From positions 72,705 to 136,704 of the forward strand of contig JBMNQN010000002.1 of NCBI GenBank assembly GCA_050944155.1: a DNA stretch of 64,000 nucleotides, written 5' to 3'. Under the pieces are notes generated by a model. That model worked only from the letters and a program-made list of their open reading frames with translations. It was not told the origin of the DNA and searched no databases. The translations under genes and the position numbers were made by a program. The DNA comes from Candidatus Methanomethylophilaceae archaeon. Its GTDB lineage: Archaea; Thermoplasmatota; Thermoplasmata; Methanomassiliicoccales; Methanomethylophilaceae. Positions 1 to 9,642 of the stretch are shown in pieces; within the stretch, counting starts at the first letter, position 1, and the number at the start of each line of letters is the position of its first letter.

Positions 1-2373
1 TTTCGACAGTTCGAGGAGCGCGGAATTTATCAGAACCACAAGTTCCCTCAGCATGCCCACGATTTTTCTCAGAGGTTCGAGCAGGGGTTCCAGAGCTTTC
101 ACCAGAAGGGCCCAGCCGTCGCTGAAAATCGTGTTCGTCGGCGTATAGGAAGAAACTCCGGAAAGACCCCATCCGCTGACCACGGCAATCTTTATGTCTA
201 CGTCGATCGGAACGCTGCTCCGCATGGCTGAATCGTTAAGACCCAGTACGGAAGAAATGTCTCCGGTCCCGCTCGCCGTATAATCCAGACTGTCTTTGAG
301 GGAAACCCTGAAAACGGTACAGAATGCGGCTCCCTTTTTCTCGTTGAATCCCACGTGGTGGACGCAGTCCTTCAGGTTTTCGTTGGGTCCGTACACCCGT
401 ATGTCCGGATTCAGCTTATCGGCAATCTTTATCTTTTCCTTGGTTTCCGAGTGTTTGTCCCTGAGAACGAAACTGTCCGATCCCGGCATTTTAATCACGC
501 CGCAGTACGGATTCATGTCCATGTTGCGGCACATCTCTCCGCACATGTTCCACATGCGTTCGGGAATGTCGTCCACGACCGAAATCATCGGCATGATTTT
601 TTCGCAGATCATGGTCATGAATTTTTTGACCATTCCGCTCTGTCCTCCCGGAACCTTAAGCATCGAGTCATAACGCTGGCACATCTCTTCGGCGGCGTGT
701 TTGTATTCCTCCAGAAGTTCTTCGTTGCAGTAGGCATCCATGGCCTTTTTACAGAATGCGAGTCTTTCGTTTATGTCGAAAAACGCGGCGTCTTCCGATG
801 CGGCCCACGACGTGTTTGCTCTTAACCTCATGTTACTTTTGAACTGGGAGATTCCGAACACTTCGTCTTTGTGGTTTTTGATCTTTTCCGCTATGGCCGA
901 ACAGAACGGATCGAAAATCGTTTGGTTGTTTATCGACGTTTTCATGAACTTTTCAATTTCCGATTCGAGTTTTCCCAGGGCTGCGCCGATCCCGGTTTCT
1001 ATGCTCTTCGAGAACGTTACGCTGTCCGTGCCGTCCACTTTTATTCTGACTGAAAACGCTGTTTTGTCGGCGGCTACGTTGATTGCCGCGGTATGAAGGA
1101 TGCTTCGCATCCATTCGGTTATTTCGTTCGTTCCGAATCTGTATTCGCTCTTGAACTTGCACAATCCCTCCCATGCAAGAACGTCCACGTCGGGATAGGG
1201 TACAGTTACGTATTCGCCTCCGGTCCTGAGGGTTTTGACCTCTCCGTCGACGGTTTTGGAAACCGAAATCTCCGGAACGTAATATTTTGCTGCTTTTCCG
1301 TTGTACAGGTAACGGTATTCCGCTTCGGAATATCCGCAGCCTTCCATGATTTCCCTTATGTAGGGCGAGGCCGAAAGGGTTTCTTTCTTGGTAATGAACG
1401 AAACCAAAGAGTCCCAGGCGTTTCTGACCTTGTCCGAAGCCTTGTCTATGAAATCGGCCGCTATGTTTCCGCAGAAATAATCCGCCCATCTCAGTACGAT
1501 TTCGTCCGTCGCGGACATGAGGGCCTGAGCGTATACGGCTCCCAAATCCACTGTGAGGTATCCGTCTTCGGCAATGCCGTCGGCAAGATCCAGTTTCTCG
1601 AAACCGCGGAACGTCCCGTCGGAAGAGTCTCTGAAATTCGTCATTTCCAGTGCGGAGACGCAGTCGCGGTATGATTTGCGGACGTCTTCCTTGGTAAGAA
1701 TCTGTGCGGTTCCCATATTTCCGTTGGCAGCCAGAGACCCGTACCCATTGATGACTCTCTGTTGTGCCAGTGCGGTAAGCTGGTAGGTCATCATCTGCGA
1801 GAGTATCGACCCTTCGCCGGTAAGGGAAAGTTCGAAAAGAGATCCCTGTTCCGCGACCAGAGGCAGGGCGCAGCTGCCGTCCGAGTTTATCGTTATTGTT
1901 TTTTCCGCCGACGCGGAATCGCACTCGAAGGAAGCTTTGAATCTGCCGGAAGCCCCCAGATAAGAAGGAACGTAGCTTCCCTCGGCAACTTTCATGTTCC
2001 TGGAAACCAGATTGACGGAAAATTCCGAAACCGTTATCCTGACGCATCCGCAGTACGACGGAAACTGAAGTTCCATCCATTTTTCGGCGTCGGTTTCGAA
2101 TTTTTCCGCCCTCTCTTTCAGCGTGCCTCCGTCGGGGTCGTTCCCGACGGACATAATCAGTTCTCCCAAACCTCTGTTGACGAAAATCTCCGCATCCCGC
2201 ATTGCGCGTCCGACCGTTTCCGTTTCCTTTTCGACGTTTCCGGCTCTGTCGTCTGCGTCGCCTATCTGCGAGCTCACCACTCCGTATCCCAGCGCTATTA
2301 CCAGAATCGTGACTGCTATTATAGCGAAAGGCATGCTCCCTTTTCTGTTTCCCGTACCGCGGATTTTTCTCAT
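1..2373 (-). CDS. Large secreted/membrane-anchored hypothetical protein with class III (pilin-like) signal peptide; 3' end runs off the window
   Basis: Not in the ORF track because it has no stop within the window. Read manually from ATG 2373: MRKIRGTGNRKG-SMPFAIIAVTILVIALGYGVV..., open to base 1 (791 codons). Confidence 0.75.
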   Translation of the reverse strand, partial: MRKIRGTGNRKGSMPFAIIAVTILVIALGYGVVSSQIGDADDRAGNVEKETETVGRAMRDAEIFVNRGLGELIMSVGNDPDGGTLKERAEKFETDAEKWMELQFPSYCGCVRITVSEFSVNLVSRNMKVAEGSYVPSYLGASGRFKASFECDSASAEKTITINSDGSCALPLVAEQGSLFELSLTGEGSILSQMMTYQLTALAQQRVINGYGSLAANGNMGTAQILTKEDVRKSYRDCVSALEMTNFRDSSDGTFRGFEKLDLADGIAEDGYLTVDLGAVYAQALMSATDEIVLRWADYFCGNIAADFIDKASDKVRNAWDSLVSFITKKETLSASPYIREIMEGCGYSEAEYRYLYNGKAAKYYVPEISVSKTVDGEVKTLRTGGEYVTVPYPDVDVLAWEGLCKFKSEYRFGTNEITEWMRSILHTAAINVAADKTAFSVRIKVDGTDSVTFSKSIETGIGAALGKLESEIEKFMKTSINNQTIFDPFCSAIAEKIKNHKDEVFGISQFKSNMRLRANTSWAASEDAAFFDINERLAFCKKAMDAYCNEELLEEYKHAAEEMCQRYDSMLKVPGGQSGMVKKFMTMICEKIMPMISVVDDIPERMWNMCGEMCRNMDMNPYCGVIKMPGSDSFVLRDKHSETKEKIKIADKLNPDIRVYGPNENLKDCVHHVGFNEKKGAAFCTVFRVSLKDSLDYTASGTGDISSVLGLNDSAMRSSVPIDVDIKIAVVSGWGLSGVSSYTPTNTIFSDGWALLVKALEPLLEPLRKIVGMLRELVVLINSALLELSK

Positions 2374-2502
2374 TATCGGGTTATCCGCGGGCAGGAGACT
2401 TAAGACGGGCAACAGCAGTTAGTATAACCGGGACCGGAAACCCGTAAAACATACTATAAATAAGAAGCATTATACTTGACCGAATTACATCGAGGCTCAG
2501 AA

Positions 2503-4125
2503 ATGACATCGACTACAGCACCTAGCGCGCTTCAGAAGGGACTTCCCAAAAAAACGGAATCACTGTGTCCGGAATGCGGAAAGCTCGTAGAGGCGACGAT
2601 TTACGAGAAGGACGGGAAGGTATTCATGGACAAGGAATGTCCGGAACACGGCAAGTTTTCCGACATTTATTGGTCGGACGTCGATGCCTATCTCAGAGCG
2701 GAATATTTCGCCTATGACGGAGTGGGGCTCAGAAATCCCCACGACAAATCCCTTGCCGAGGGAGAAAACGTCAACTTCATGATTTCGGGCAAGCGGGTGG
2801 ACGTGAAGTCCTGCACGGCGTTGGCTCTCATAGATCTGACCAACAGATGCAACATGAACTGCCCCATCTGTTTTGCCAACGCAAACCAGGCGGGATACGT
2901 GTACGAACCTTCCTACGAGGAAGTCGTGGCGATGATGGAAGCCCTCCGTGCCGAGGAGCCGATCAAATGTACCGCGCTGCAGTTCTCCGGAGGCGAGCCC
3001 ACGGTGCACCCGAGACTCGTCGACATAATAAAGAAATCCAAGGAGCTCAAGTTCGCCCAGGTTCAGGTGGCGACCAACGGGATATCCTTCGCCAAGAATT
3101 ACGAACTCCTGAAACAGTGCAAACTCGCGGGCCTGAACACGATATACCTTTCTTTCGACGGCGTCACTGACGACATATATCTCCAGGCCAGAGACAGAAA
3201 GATGTTCGACATCAAACTCAAAGTTATCGAGAACTGCAGAAGGCTCAAAGAAGAAGTGGGAAGCTCCCCGTCGATCGTTCTCGTACCCACCCTCGTAAGG
3301 GGAGTCAACGACCACCAGGTCGGCGATATCGTGAAATTCGCTTTCGACAATTCCGACGTCGTACGCGGAGTAAACTTCCAGCCGGTCGCGTTTACCGGAA
3401 GGATAACCAGAGAGGAACTCGAGAAGGGAAGGATAACCCTGACCGATCTCGTGAATCTTTTCATAGAGCAGACCGGATACACCGAACCGGAAGACTGGTA
3501 TCCCGTTCCCGTCGTCGCTCCCGTTTCGAGATTCGCATCCGAATTCCTGGACCAGCAGAAAGTTACCTTCACGGCGCACCCCCACTGCGGTCTCGCCACG
3601 TATCTTTTCAAATCGGACGACGGCAACGTAATACCCATGCCCCATTTCATAGACGTGAAAAAGTTCTCCGACGGACTGGACGAACTTGCGTCGAAAATGT
3701 CCGACTCCAAATTCAAGAAATTCTACGCCACGAAGGTCCTGAAACTGCTGAACAAGTGCATAGACGAAAGCAAGATTCCGGACGGAATGTCCAAGAAAAA
3801 GTTCATCAAAATGCTGTACAGCGTCATGGGAAACAAATCCAAGAAGAATCTCGCATCCTTCTCGTGGAGAGCCATGTACATAGGGGCCATGCACTTCCAG
3901 GATTCGTACAACTACGATTTGGCGAGAGTGGAACGCTGCGCCATCCACTATATAACTCCCGACCTGAAGGTCATACCTTTCTGCGCCTACAACGGAGGGC
4001 CCGAATACCGTTCGAAAGTCGAAGAGAAGTTTTCGATGCCCCTTGCGGAGTGGAAAGTCAAGCATAAAGAAGAAGCAAAGGCACTGGAGGAAGCTCTCGT
4101 CGTGCCCGAAGAACAGAAAGAATGA
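2503..4125 (+). CDS. tes: Tetraether lipid synthase (Tes/GDGT-MAS, MJ0619-like radical SAM)
   Basis: Rubredoxin-like CPEC...CPEHG, CNMNCPIC radical SAM motif, GGEPT, C-terminal HPHCG, MHFQD, RCAIHY, IPFCAYN; adjacent to GGR. Confidence 0.88.
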   Translation: MTSTTAPSALQKGLPKKTESLCPECGKLVEATIYEKDGKVFMDKECPEHGKFSDIYWSDVDAYLRAEYFAYDGVGLRNPHDKSLAEGENVNFMISGKRVDVKSCTALALIDLTNRCNMNCPICFANANQAGYVYEPSYEEVVAMMEALRAEEPIKCTALQFSGGEPTVHPRLVDIIKKSKELKFAQVQVATNGISFAKNYELLKQCKLAGLNTIYLSFDGVTDDIYLQARDRKMFDIKLKVIENCRRLKEEVGSSPSIVLVPTLVRGVNDHQVGDIVKFAFDNSDVVRGVNFQPVAFTGRITREELEKGRITLTDLVNLFIEQTGYTEPEDWYPVPVVAPVSRFASEFLDQQKVTFTAHPHCGLATYLFKSDDGNVIPMPHFIDVKKFSDGLDELASKMSDSKFKKFYATKVLKLLNKCIDESKIPDGMSKKKFIKMLYSVMGNKSKKNLASFSWRAMYIGAMHFQDSYNYDLARVERCAIHYITPDLKVIPFCAYNGGPEYRSKVEEKFSMPLAEWKVKHKEEAKALEEALVVPEEQKE

Positions 4126-4135
4126 GGTTGAAAAG

Positions 4136-4306
4136 ATGACGATATTGGTTAATGCCGACAAATGCCTGCACTGCGGAGGATGTGCCGGGTCGTGTCCGAA
4201 AAATGCGATATTCATGAACGATTTCGTTCTCGAATTCAGCAGCGAATGCAATTCCTGTGGCAGATGCGTTAAAATATGCCCCGTTGCGGCGCTGAGGATG
4301 GAGTGA
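4136..4306 (+). CDS. 2[4Fe-4S] ferredoxin
   Basis: 56 aa with two CxxCxxCxxxCP motifs (CLHCGGCAGSCP, CNSCGRCVKICP); GAGGT RBS. Confidence 0.9.
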   Translation: MTILVNADKCLHCGGCAGSCPKNAIFMNDFVLEFSSECNSCGRCVKICPVAALRME

Positions 4307-5508
4307 TTCCCGTGAAGACGTACACATGCGACATTGTGGTGGTGGGAGCCGGCCCCGGAGGGAGCATGGCCGCCAAATTCTGCGCTAAAGCGGGACTCGA
4401 TACCATACTCATAGAGAAGAAAGCCGAAATAGGATCTCCCCTGAGATGTGCCGAAGGCGTATCCAAAAAATGGCTGGAAGAGGTGGGAATCGAACCGGAT
4501 CCGGCATGGATCTGTGCCGACATGGCCGGAGCGGTGATACGCTCTCCCGGAGGATACACCTTCCAGCTGGACGAAAGCCGTGCGGGTTCAGAAGTGGGAT
4601 ACGTTCTCGAAAGACATCTGTTCGACAAAGCTCTCGCCCGCGACGCGGCGGAAGCCGGCGCTAAGATAATGATGCGCACTTCCTGTACCGGAGTCGTAAG
4701 AGACAAGAACGGAAAGATTACCGGTATCGAGGCGAGAAGTTTCGGCGAAAAAATCATAATCAACGCGAAATGCATAGTCGCGGCAGACGGATACGAGTCC
4801 CAGGTGGGCAGATGGGCCGGAATACCCACGGTTCAGAAGTCGAGCGACATCGTAACCTGTATCCAGTACAGACTCACCAACATAGACGTCAGCCAGGAAT
4901 TCTGCGAGTTCGTCATCGGAAACGAGATTGCTCCCGGAGGATACCTTTGGATATTCCCCAAGGGAAACCGTACCGCCAACGTGGGACTGGGCGTTTCCGC
5001 AAGCAGATGCAAAATCCCCGCTGCGCCGAAACACTATCTGGATAAGTTCATATCATCCGACGACCGCCTCAAGAACGGACAGATTCTCGAGATATGCGGA
5101 GGAATGGTTACGACCAACCCCGGTCTCGATTCCGCCATCGCCGACAACATAATTCTGGTGGGCGACGCCGCGAGGATAATCGATCCGATTACGGGCGGAG
5201 GAATATGCCACGCTTGCAGAACCGGAATGTACGCCGGAAAGGTTCTCGCCGAGTGCGCAAAGAAGAACGACTTTTCCGAAAAAGCCCTCAAACCCTACGA
5301 AAAGATGTGGAGGGACAGGATGGAAGACAAAATCTACAGAAACTGGATGGCCAAAGAGAGGCTCAACGAGATCGACGACAAGACCATGGACGATCTTGTC
5401 CAGATCATCGGCGATTCCACACTGACCGAGATGAACGTCTACAACCTGCTTAAAATCATCAAGGAAAAGTATCCGAAAGTCGTGGAAGGTTTCGAAGACC
5501 TTATCTGA
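4303..5508 (+). CDS. Digeranylgeranylglycerophospholipid (geranylgeranyl) reductase
   Basis: GAGPGG FAD motif, RCAEG, PGGYLWIFPKG, GDAA...PITGGGI; start may be GTG 4312. Confidence 0.92.
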   Translation: MIPVKTYTCDIVVVGAGPGGSMAAKFCAKAGLDTILIEKKAEIGSPLRCAEGVSKKWLEEVGIEPDPAWICADMAGAVIRSPGGYTFQLDESRAGSEVGYVLERHLFDKALARDAAEAGAKIMMRTSCTGVVRDKNGKITGIEARSFGEKIIINAKCIVAADGYESQVGRWAGIPTVQKSSDIVTCIQYRLTNIDVSQEFCEFVIGNEIAPGGYLWIFPKGNRTANVGLGVSASRCKIPAAPKHYLDKFISSDDRLKNGQILEICGGMVTTNPGLDSAIADNIILVGDAARIIDPITGGGICHACRTGMYAGKVLAECAKKNDFSEKALKPYEKMWRDRMEDKIYRNWMAKERLNEIDDKTMDDLVQIIGDSTLTEMNVYNLLKIIKEKYPKVVEGFEDLI

Positions 5509-5517
5509 AACTGATTT

Positions 5518-5533
5518 CCCGGCTTTTGCCGGG
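5518..5533. terminator. Hairpin between convergent GGR and mvk
   Basis: CCCGGC-TTTT-GCCGGG followed by T-rich tract. Confidence 0.5.
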
Positions 5534-5544
5534 CTTCTTAATTT

Positions 5545-6474
5545 TTATTCGGCCCTCACGCCGGGTTCTCCGGTTTTTACCGTTATGGGGGTTCCGCCGC
5601 GGGAAGATATCGCTTTGCTTACCTTTTCGGGTTCGTCTGTCAGCGCCAACATGCTTCCTCCGCCTCCCGCCCCGGTGAGTTTCGCCCCGTAGGAATAATC
5701 GGATACGGCATCCACCAGCTTGTTCAGTTCGGGCCCCGAGACACCGAGAATGGAAAGGAGTTTGTGATCTTTGGTCATCAGGCCTCCGAGTTTCACCCTA
5801 TCCCCTTTCTTTATCGCGTCCATGCCTTCGAGGGTGACTGTTCCTATCTCGTCGATTATGTCTTTTGCAAAACTGTTTCTTTCTTTGTATCTCCGTACCT
5901 TTTCCACCAGAGGTCCGGTCAGAGCTTTCTTTCCCGTGTAGCCTATGACGAAAGTCATCTCCGGAACATCGAGACCGCATATGTCCCAGACGTTCTTTCC
6001 CCGTTCTACTCTCCAAAGGAGATTTTCCGGCTCCGGTGCGTTCACGGCGATGCCCATTCCGTGCACTGAAGCGGAAGTATCCATGGGACTGCCGATTCCC
6101 TGAACCGAATATTCGGCTTCGTAGGCTTCTTTGGCGACGGCTTCGGAATCCGTCGGTTCTCCCAGAAGACTGCGTACGGCGAAGGAAAACGAGGCGGCAA
6201 GGGCCGCCGAGGACCCCAGACCGGAACCGGACGGTATGTCGCTCTCCGTCGTTATTTCGATATCCGGATGACCGTGGACGTCCAGTACGGAAAGTATGTG
6301 GGGATGAAGTGCCAGGGCGTTTTCTTCTCCGTTAATCGTCACCCTGTCGCTCTTCGATACGGTACACTTGAAACGTCTGTCGATTGCCACCGCTACGGCT
6401 GGTTTTCCGAAGACGACTGCGTGTTCGCCGAGTATGACGAATTTTCCGGGTGCCGATGCGGATGCGGTTTTCAT
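5545..6474 (-). CDS. mvk: Mevalonate kinase
   Basis: APGKFVILGEHAVVFG, PSGSGLGSSAA GHMP motif, KLTGAGGGG. Confidence 0.93.
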   Translation of the reverse strand: MKTASASAPGKFVILGEHAVVFGKPAVAVAIDRRFKCTVSKSDRVTINGEENALALHPHILSVLDVHGHPDIEITTESDIPSGSGLGSSAALAASFSFAVRSLLGEPTDSEAVAKEAYEAEYSVQGIGSPMDTSASVHGMGIAVNAPEPENLLWRVERGKNVWDICGLDVPEMTFVIGYTGKKALTGPLVEKVRRYKERNSFAKDIIDEIGTVTLEGMDAIKKGDRVKLGGLMTKDHKLLSILGVSGPELNKLVDAVSDYSYGAKLTGAGGGGSMLALTDEPEKVSKAISSRGGTPITVKTGEPGVRAE

Positions 6475-6989
6475 TCCATGAGCCCGTACCGTTTCATGTT
6501 TTCGACGATGGCATCGTTGGGATTTCTTTTACCGAGTTTCGGCTGGGGTATGGACCACCATTCTTCTTCGAAATCTCTGATGGCTCTTTCGTATTCTTCG
6601 TTGTCCGCGAATTTTTTAGGGTCCACGGAAAGCAGAGCCTTCTGCTGTTCTTTGAAAAGATCCACGCCGAATTTCTTGTTCGTCAGAGCAACGCCGATGT
6701 AGCTGTCGAAGACGTAGGACAGTTCTTCCGTCGTATCAGGCGTTGTGCATTCCATCACCATATCCAGCACGGCGTTGGCGGTCATTTTGAAGATAAGCTC
6801 TCTTTTCGCCTCTTCCGGAAGTTCCTCGGAATCTACGGATTCCATCAGTTCTTCGAACCAGAGTTCTTTCATTGCCGAAACTCTGCGAGGATTCTTTCCG
6901 AACAGCTGTCCGTAGAGAATTTCTTCTTCGGATTTTTCTTCTTCTTCTCCGAAGAGTCCGGAGTTGGGGTCGACTGTGGGGTTGTTCAT
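6471..6989 (-). CDS. Acidic hypothetical protein; C-terminus resembles the Xre/MbcA/ParS antitoxin domain
   Basis: 4-nt overlaps with both neighbours; C-terminal WWSIPQPKLGKRNPNDAI. Confidence 0.7.
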   Translation of the reverse strand: MNNPTVDPNSGLFGEEEEKSEEEILYGQLFGKNPRRVSAMKELWFEELMESVDSEELPEEAKRELIFKMTANAVLDMVMECTTPDTTEELSYVFDSYIGVALTNKKFGVDLFKEQQKALLSVDPKKFADNEEYERAIRDFEEEWWSIPQPKLGKRNPNDAIVENMKRYGLME

Positions 6990-8113
6990 TTTCTCAGCCT
7001 CTTTATCGTCTTCTCGAGTATATCCATTCCCGCCGAAATCTTACTTTCGTCGGCGGCATAGGAAAATCTGAGGTGCCCTTCTCCGTATTTTCCGAACGCG
7101 GATCCGGGGGTGCATATCAGGCCGTCGCCGGCCAATATATTTGCAAGTTCGGACGAAGGCATATCCATGTCGTAAGACGGGAACGCATAAAACGCACCTT
7201 TCGGTGGAATGATTTCCATACCTTCTATTTCGTTGATTCTTTTCGAAATCAGGTCTCTTCTGTTTTTGAAAACCGATTTGGCTTTTTCCAGATATGAGTC
7301 AATTCCGGGGAAGGCGGCCAAAACACCGTACTGGAACGGCATGGCGGGACCGGCACATACGTGATACTGCATCTTTATCAGATCGCTGACGTATTTTTCG
7401 TCCGCGCAAAGAATTCCGAGTCTCCATCCCGTGACGGCCATCATTTTGGAAAATCCGTTTACGACTATCGCCCTGTCGAGGCGGTTCATGAAAGAGCGGT
7501 ATTTTCCTTCGTAAACGAAAGAGTCGTAAACTTCGTCGGCAAGGATGAACAGGTCTTTGTCTTCGGCGATGTCGAGCAACGCTCTGTAAGTATCTTCCGA
7601 AAGCACCCCTCCCGTGGGGTTGGAAGGATTGTTTACTGCGATTATTTTTGTGTTTTTCGTGATTTTGCTCTGAATATCGTCGATATCAGGTTGAAAATCT
7701 CCCTTGGTGAGTCTGTACTCTTCGTATTTTCCTCCTGCAAGTACGGTGTGGGGACCGTAAACGACGAATCCCGGGCTAGGAATGAGAACTTCGTCTCCTG
7801 GGCCTATGAACGACTGGATTACTTCGAAAAGCGCGGTCGAACCGCTGGGAGTAATAATGATGTTGTTTCTGCCGAGCTTTCCGTATTTCGAAAAGTACGA
7901 TGCTACGGTATCTCTGAGTTCGGGTATGCCCGCGGTGGGGCCGTATTTGTTAAGACCCGCCGAGGCGGCGTCGATCATTCCCTTTATGGCGGCCTCCGGG
8001 GGAGCCATGTCGGGTTCTCCCAGACCCAGGTTTATCGAATCCGGTCCCGCGAGATCGAACATTTTTCTGATTCCGGACATGGGGACGGACGAAAGTCTGT
8101 CGGAAATTTTCAT
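6986..8113 (-). CDS. PLP-dependent class I/II aminotransferase
   Basis: NLGLGEPD, NNPSNPTG, DEVY, SKMMAVTGWRLG, GAFY, LRFSY. Confidence 0.92.
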   Translation of the reverse strand: MKISDRLSSVPMSGIRKMFDLAGPDSINLGLGEPDMAPPEAAIKGMIDAASAGLNKYGPTAGIPELRDTVASYFSKYGKLGRNNIIITPSGSTALFEVIQSFIGPGDEVLIPSPGFVVYGPHTVLAGGKYEEYRLTKGDFQPDIDDIQSKITKNTKIIAVNNPSNPTGGVLSEDTYRALLDIAEDKDLFILADEVYDSFVYEGKYRSFMNRLDRAIVVNGFSKMMAVTGWRLGILCADEKYVSDLIKMQYHVCAGPAMPFQYGVLAAFPGIDSYLEKAKSVFKNRRDLISKRINEIEGMEIIPPKGAFYAFPSYDMDMPSSELANILAGDGLICTPGSAFGKYGEGHLRFSYAADESKISAGMDILEKTIKRLRK

Positions 8114-8213
8114 GAATCGTAATCCGGAGAGTACCCTATATTATTTTCCAAAATCATGCCGGACGTTACCGTTCTTCCTTTATGTTTTATACTTTCATGC
8201 GGCTGACGGAACC

Positions 8214-8498
8214 ATGGACTTCCGCCGCGGAATCATAGAAAACGGAAAATACGCCGTAATCTGGACGGTTATGTGTCTGGCCGGCATCATCGTTATGCTG
8301 ACCGGAACATTCGGCGTTATCGGCCTTGCCGGAATCCCGGCATCGGGTTCTCTGTTTGCCGCAGGCGCGGTTATGATAGTGTTTTCGGCGGCGATAATAT
8401 TCTACAATTCCCACAGACTGGGTCTTCTCGGCGGAAACGCCGCCGAAGTTCCGGCGGAGAACAAGAAAAGAATAAGCCACCATAAAAGGAAGAAATGA
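8214..8498 (+). CDS. Small two-TM membrane protein
   Basis: 94 aa, two hydrophobic segments, basic tail; ends 1 nt before the next ATG. Confidence 0.6.
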   Translation: MDFRRGIIENGKYAVIWTVMCLAGIIVMLTGTFGVIGLAGIPASGSLFAAGAVMIVFSAAIIFYNSHRLGLLGGNAAEVPAENKKRISHHKRKK

Positions 8499-8499
8499 A

Positions 8500-9642
8500 A
8501 TGGCAGCGCTAAACGCAGAGATGATTTACTTCATGTTCGAGTCGGCAAACATGCGCAGGTGGAACGACCACCTCCGCCCCATGGATCTGACCGAACAGGA
8601 CAAGCAGGCACACAAGGCAGCGGTAGCCTGGGTCATTGCCAAATTCGAAGAAGATGCAGGAAACAAAGTCGACTGGGACATCCTCATAGAACACAATCTT
8701 TTCGCTTTCATCTCCCGCATGGTCCTGACGGATCTGAAGCCCCAGCTCTACCACCGCATCGTCAGGGAAAAAGAGGAACAGGTCAACGAGTACGTGATGA
8801 GCGAATTCAAAAGAAGCGTCCCAAACGCCGGAAAGGAATTCTTCGAGCGTTTGGAAAATTACCTGAAATCTCCGAAAACTCTGCCGGAAGACCGGATCAT
8901 CAGCGCCGCCCACTACTGGGCGTCGAGATGCGAATTCGAACTGATTAAAGATATGAACGACGGACGGTTCAAAGCGGAAGTTACGGAAAAGGAACTCGAC
9001 GGAAAAATTGCCGAACACCTGGAAGTGCAGGGTGTGAAAAAAGCCGTCAACGACGAAGGCGCACGCGGTTTCATTAATCTCGTCGGACAGCTGAGGTTCC
9101 AGCAGAGGTGGGCAAAAACTCCCCGCATACCGAAAACCACGGTACTGGGTCATTCCTTTATGGTCGCAAATATGGTGTTTCTGAACGACATCGACAGAGG
9201 AATATCCGGCAGACAGCTTTACAACGATTATTACACGGCGCTGTTTCACGACCTTCCCGAAGTTCTGACCAAGGACGTAATTTCTCCGATTAAGAGAAAC
9301 GTCAACGGGCTGGCGGACCTTTTGGAAAGTTATGAAAAAGAGCTTGTCGAAAGCGAAATAATGCCTCTGCTTCCGTCATCCTGGCACAGGGAAATGGAGT
9401 TTCTGCTGTACGGTCCCTTCGAGGACACCGACGATCCGGTGCTGGGAAAACGTTCCGGAAAGACGATAAAATCCTGCGACCTTCTTGCGGCTTACGTGGA
9501 AGCCCACGTTTCCATATGCTACGGGGTGTCCTCCAGGTCTCTGAAAGAAGGGGAAGAGGAGCTCAGAACCAGACTGATGCAGGACGGAGGAAACATTGAT
9601 GCGGAAGAGCTGATAATCAGACTCGGCCGTATCAACGTTTAA
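8500..9642 (+). CDS. Tandem YfbR-like HD-domain phosphohydrolase
   Basis: Two RW-initiated repeats; only the second retains H...HDLPE...D (GHSF, FHDLPE, SCDLL). Confidence 0.8.
   Translation: MAALNAEMIYFMFESANMRRWNDHLRPMDLTEQDKQAHKAAVAWVIAKFEEDAGNKVDWDILIEHNLFAFISRMVLTDLKPQLYHRIVREKEEQVNEYVMSEFKRSVPNAGKEFFERLENYLKSPKTLPEDRIISAAHYWASRCEFELIKDMNDGRFKAEVTEKELDGKIAEHLEVQGVKKAVNDEGARGFINLVGQLRFQQRWAKTPRIPKTTVLGHSFMVANMVFLNDIDRGISGRQLYNDYYTALFHDLPEVLTKDVISPIKRNVNGLADLLESYEKELVESEIMPLLPSSWHREMEFLLYGPFEDTDDPVLGKRSGKTIKSCDLLAAYVEAHVSICYGVSSRSLKEGEEELRTRLMQDGGNIDAEELIIRLGRINV

Noticed and set aside
953-2080. 375-aa minus-strand ORF
   Set aside because: Arg/Gly-rich off-frame shadow of the real 1-2373 gene.
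2560-4251. 563-aa antisense ORF over tes
   Set aside because: Codon-bias shadow with no motifs.
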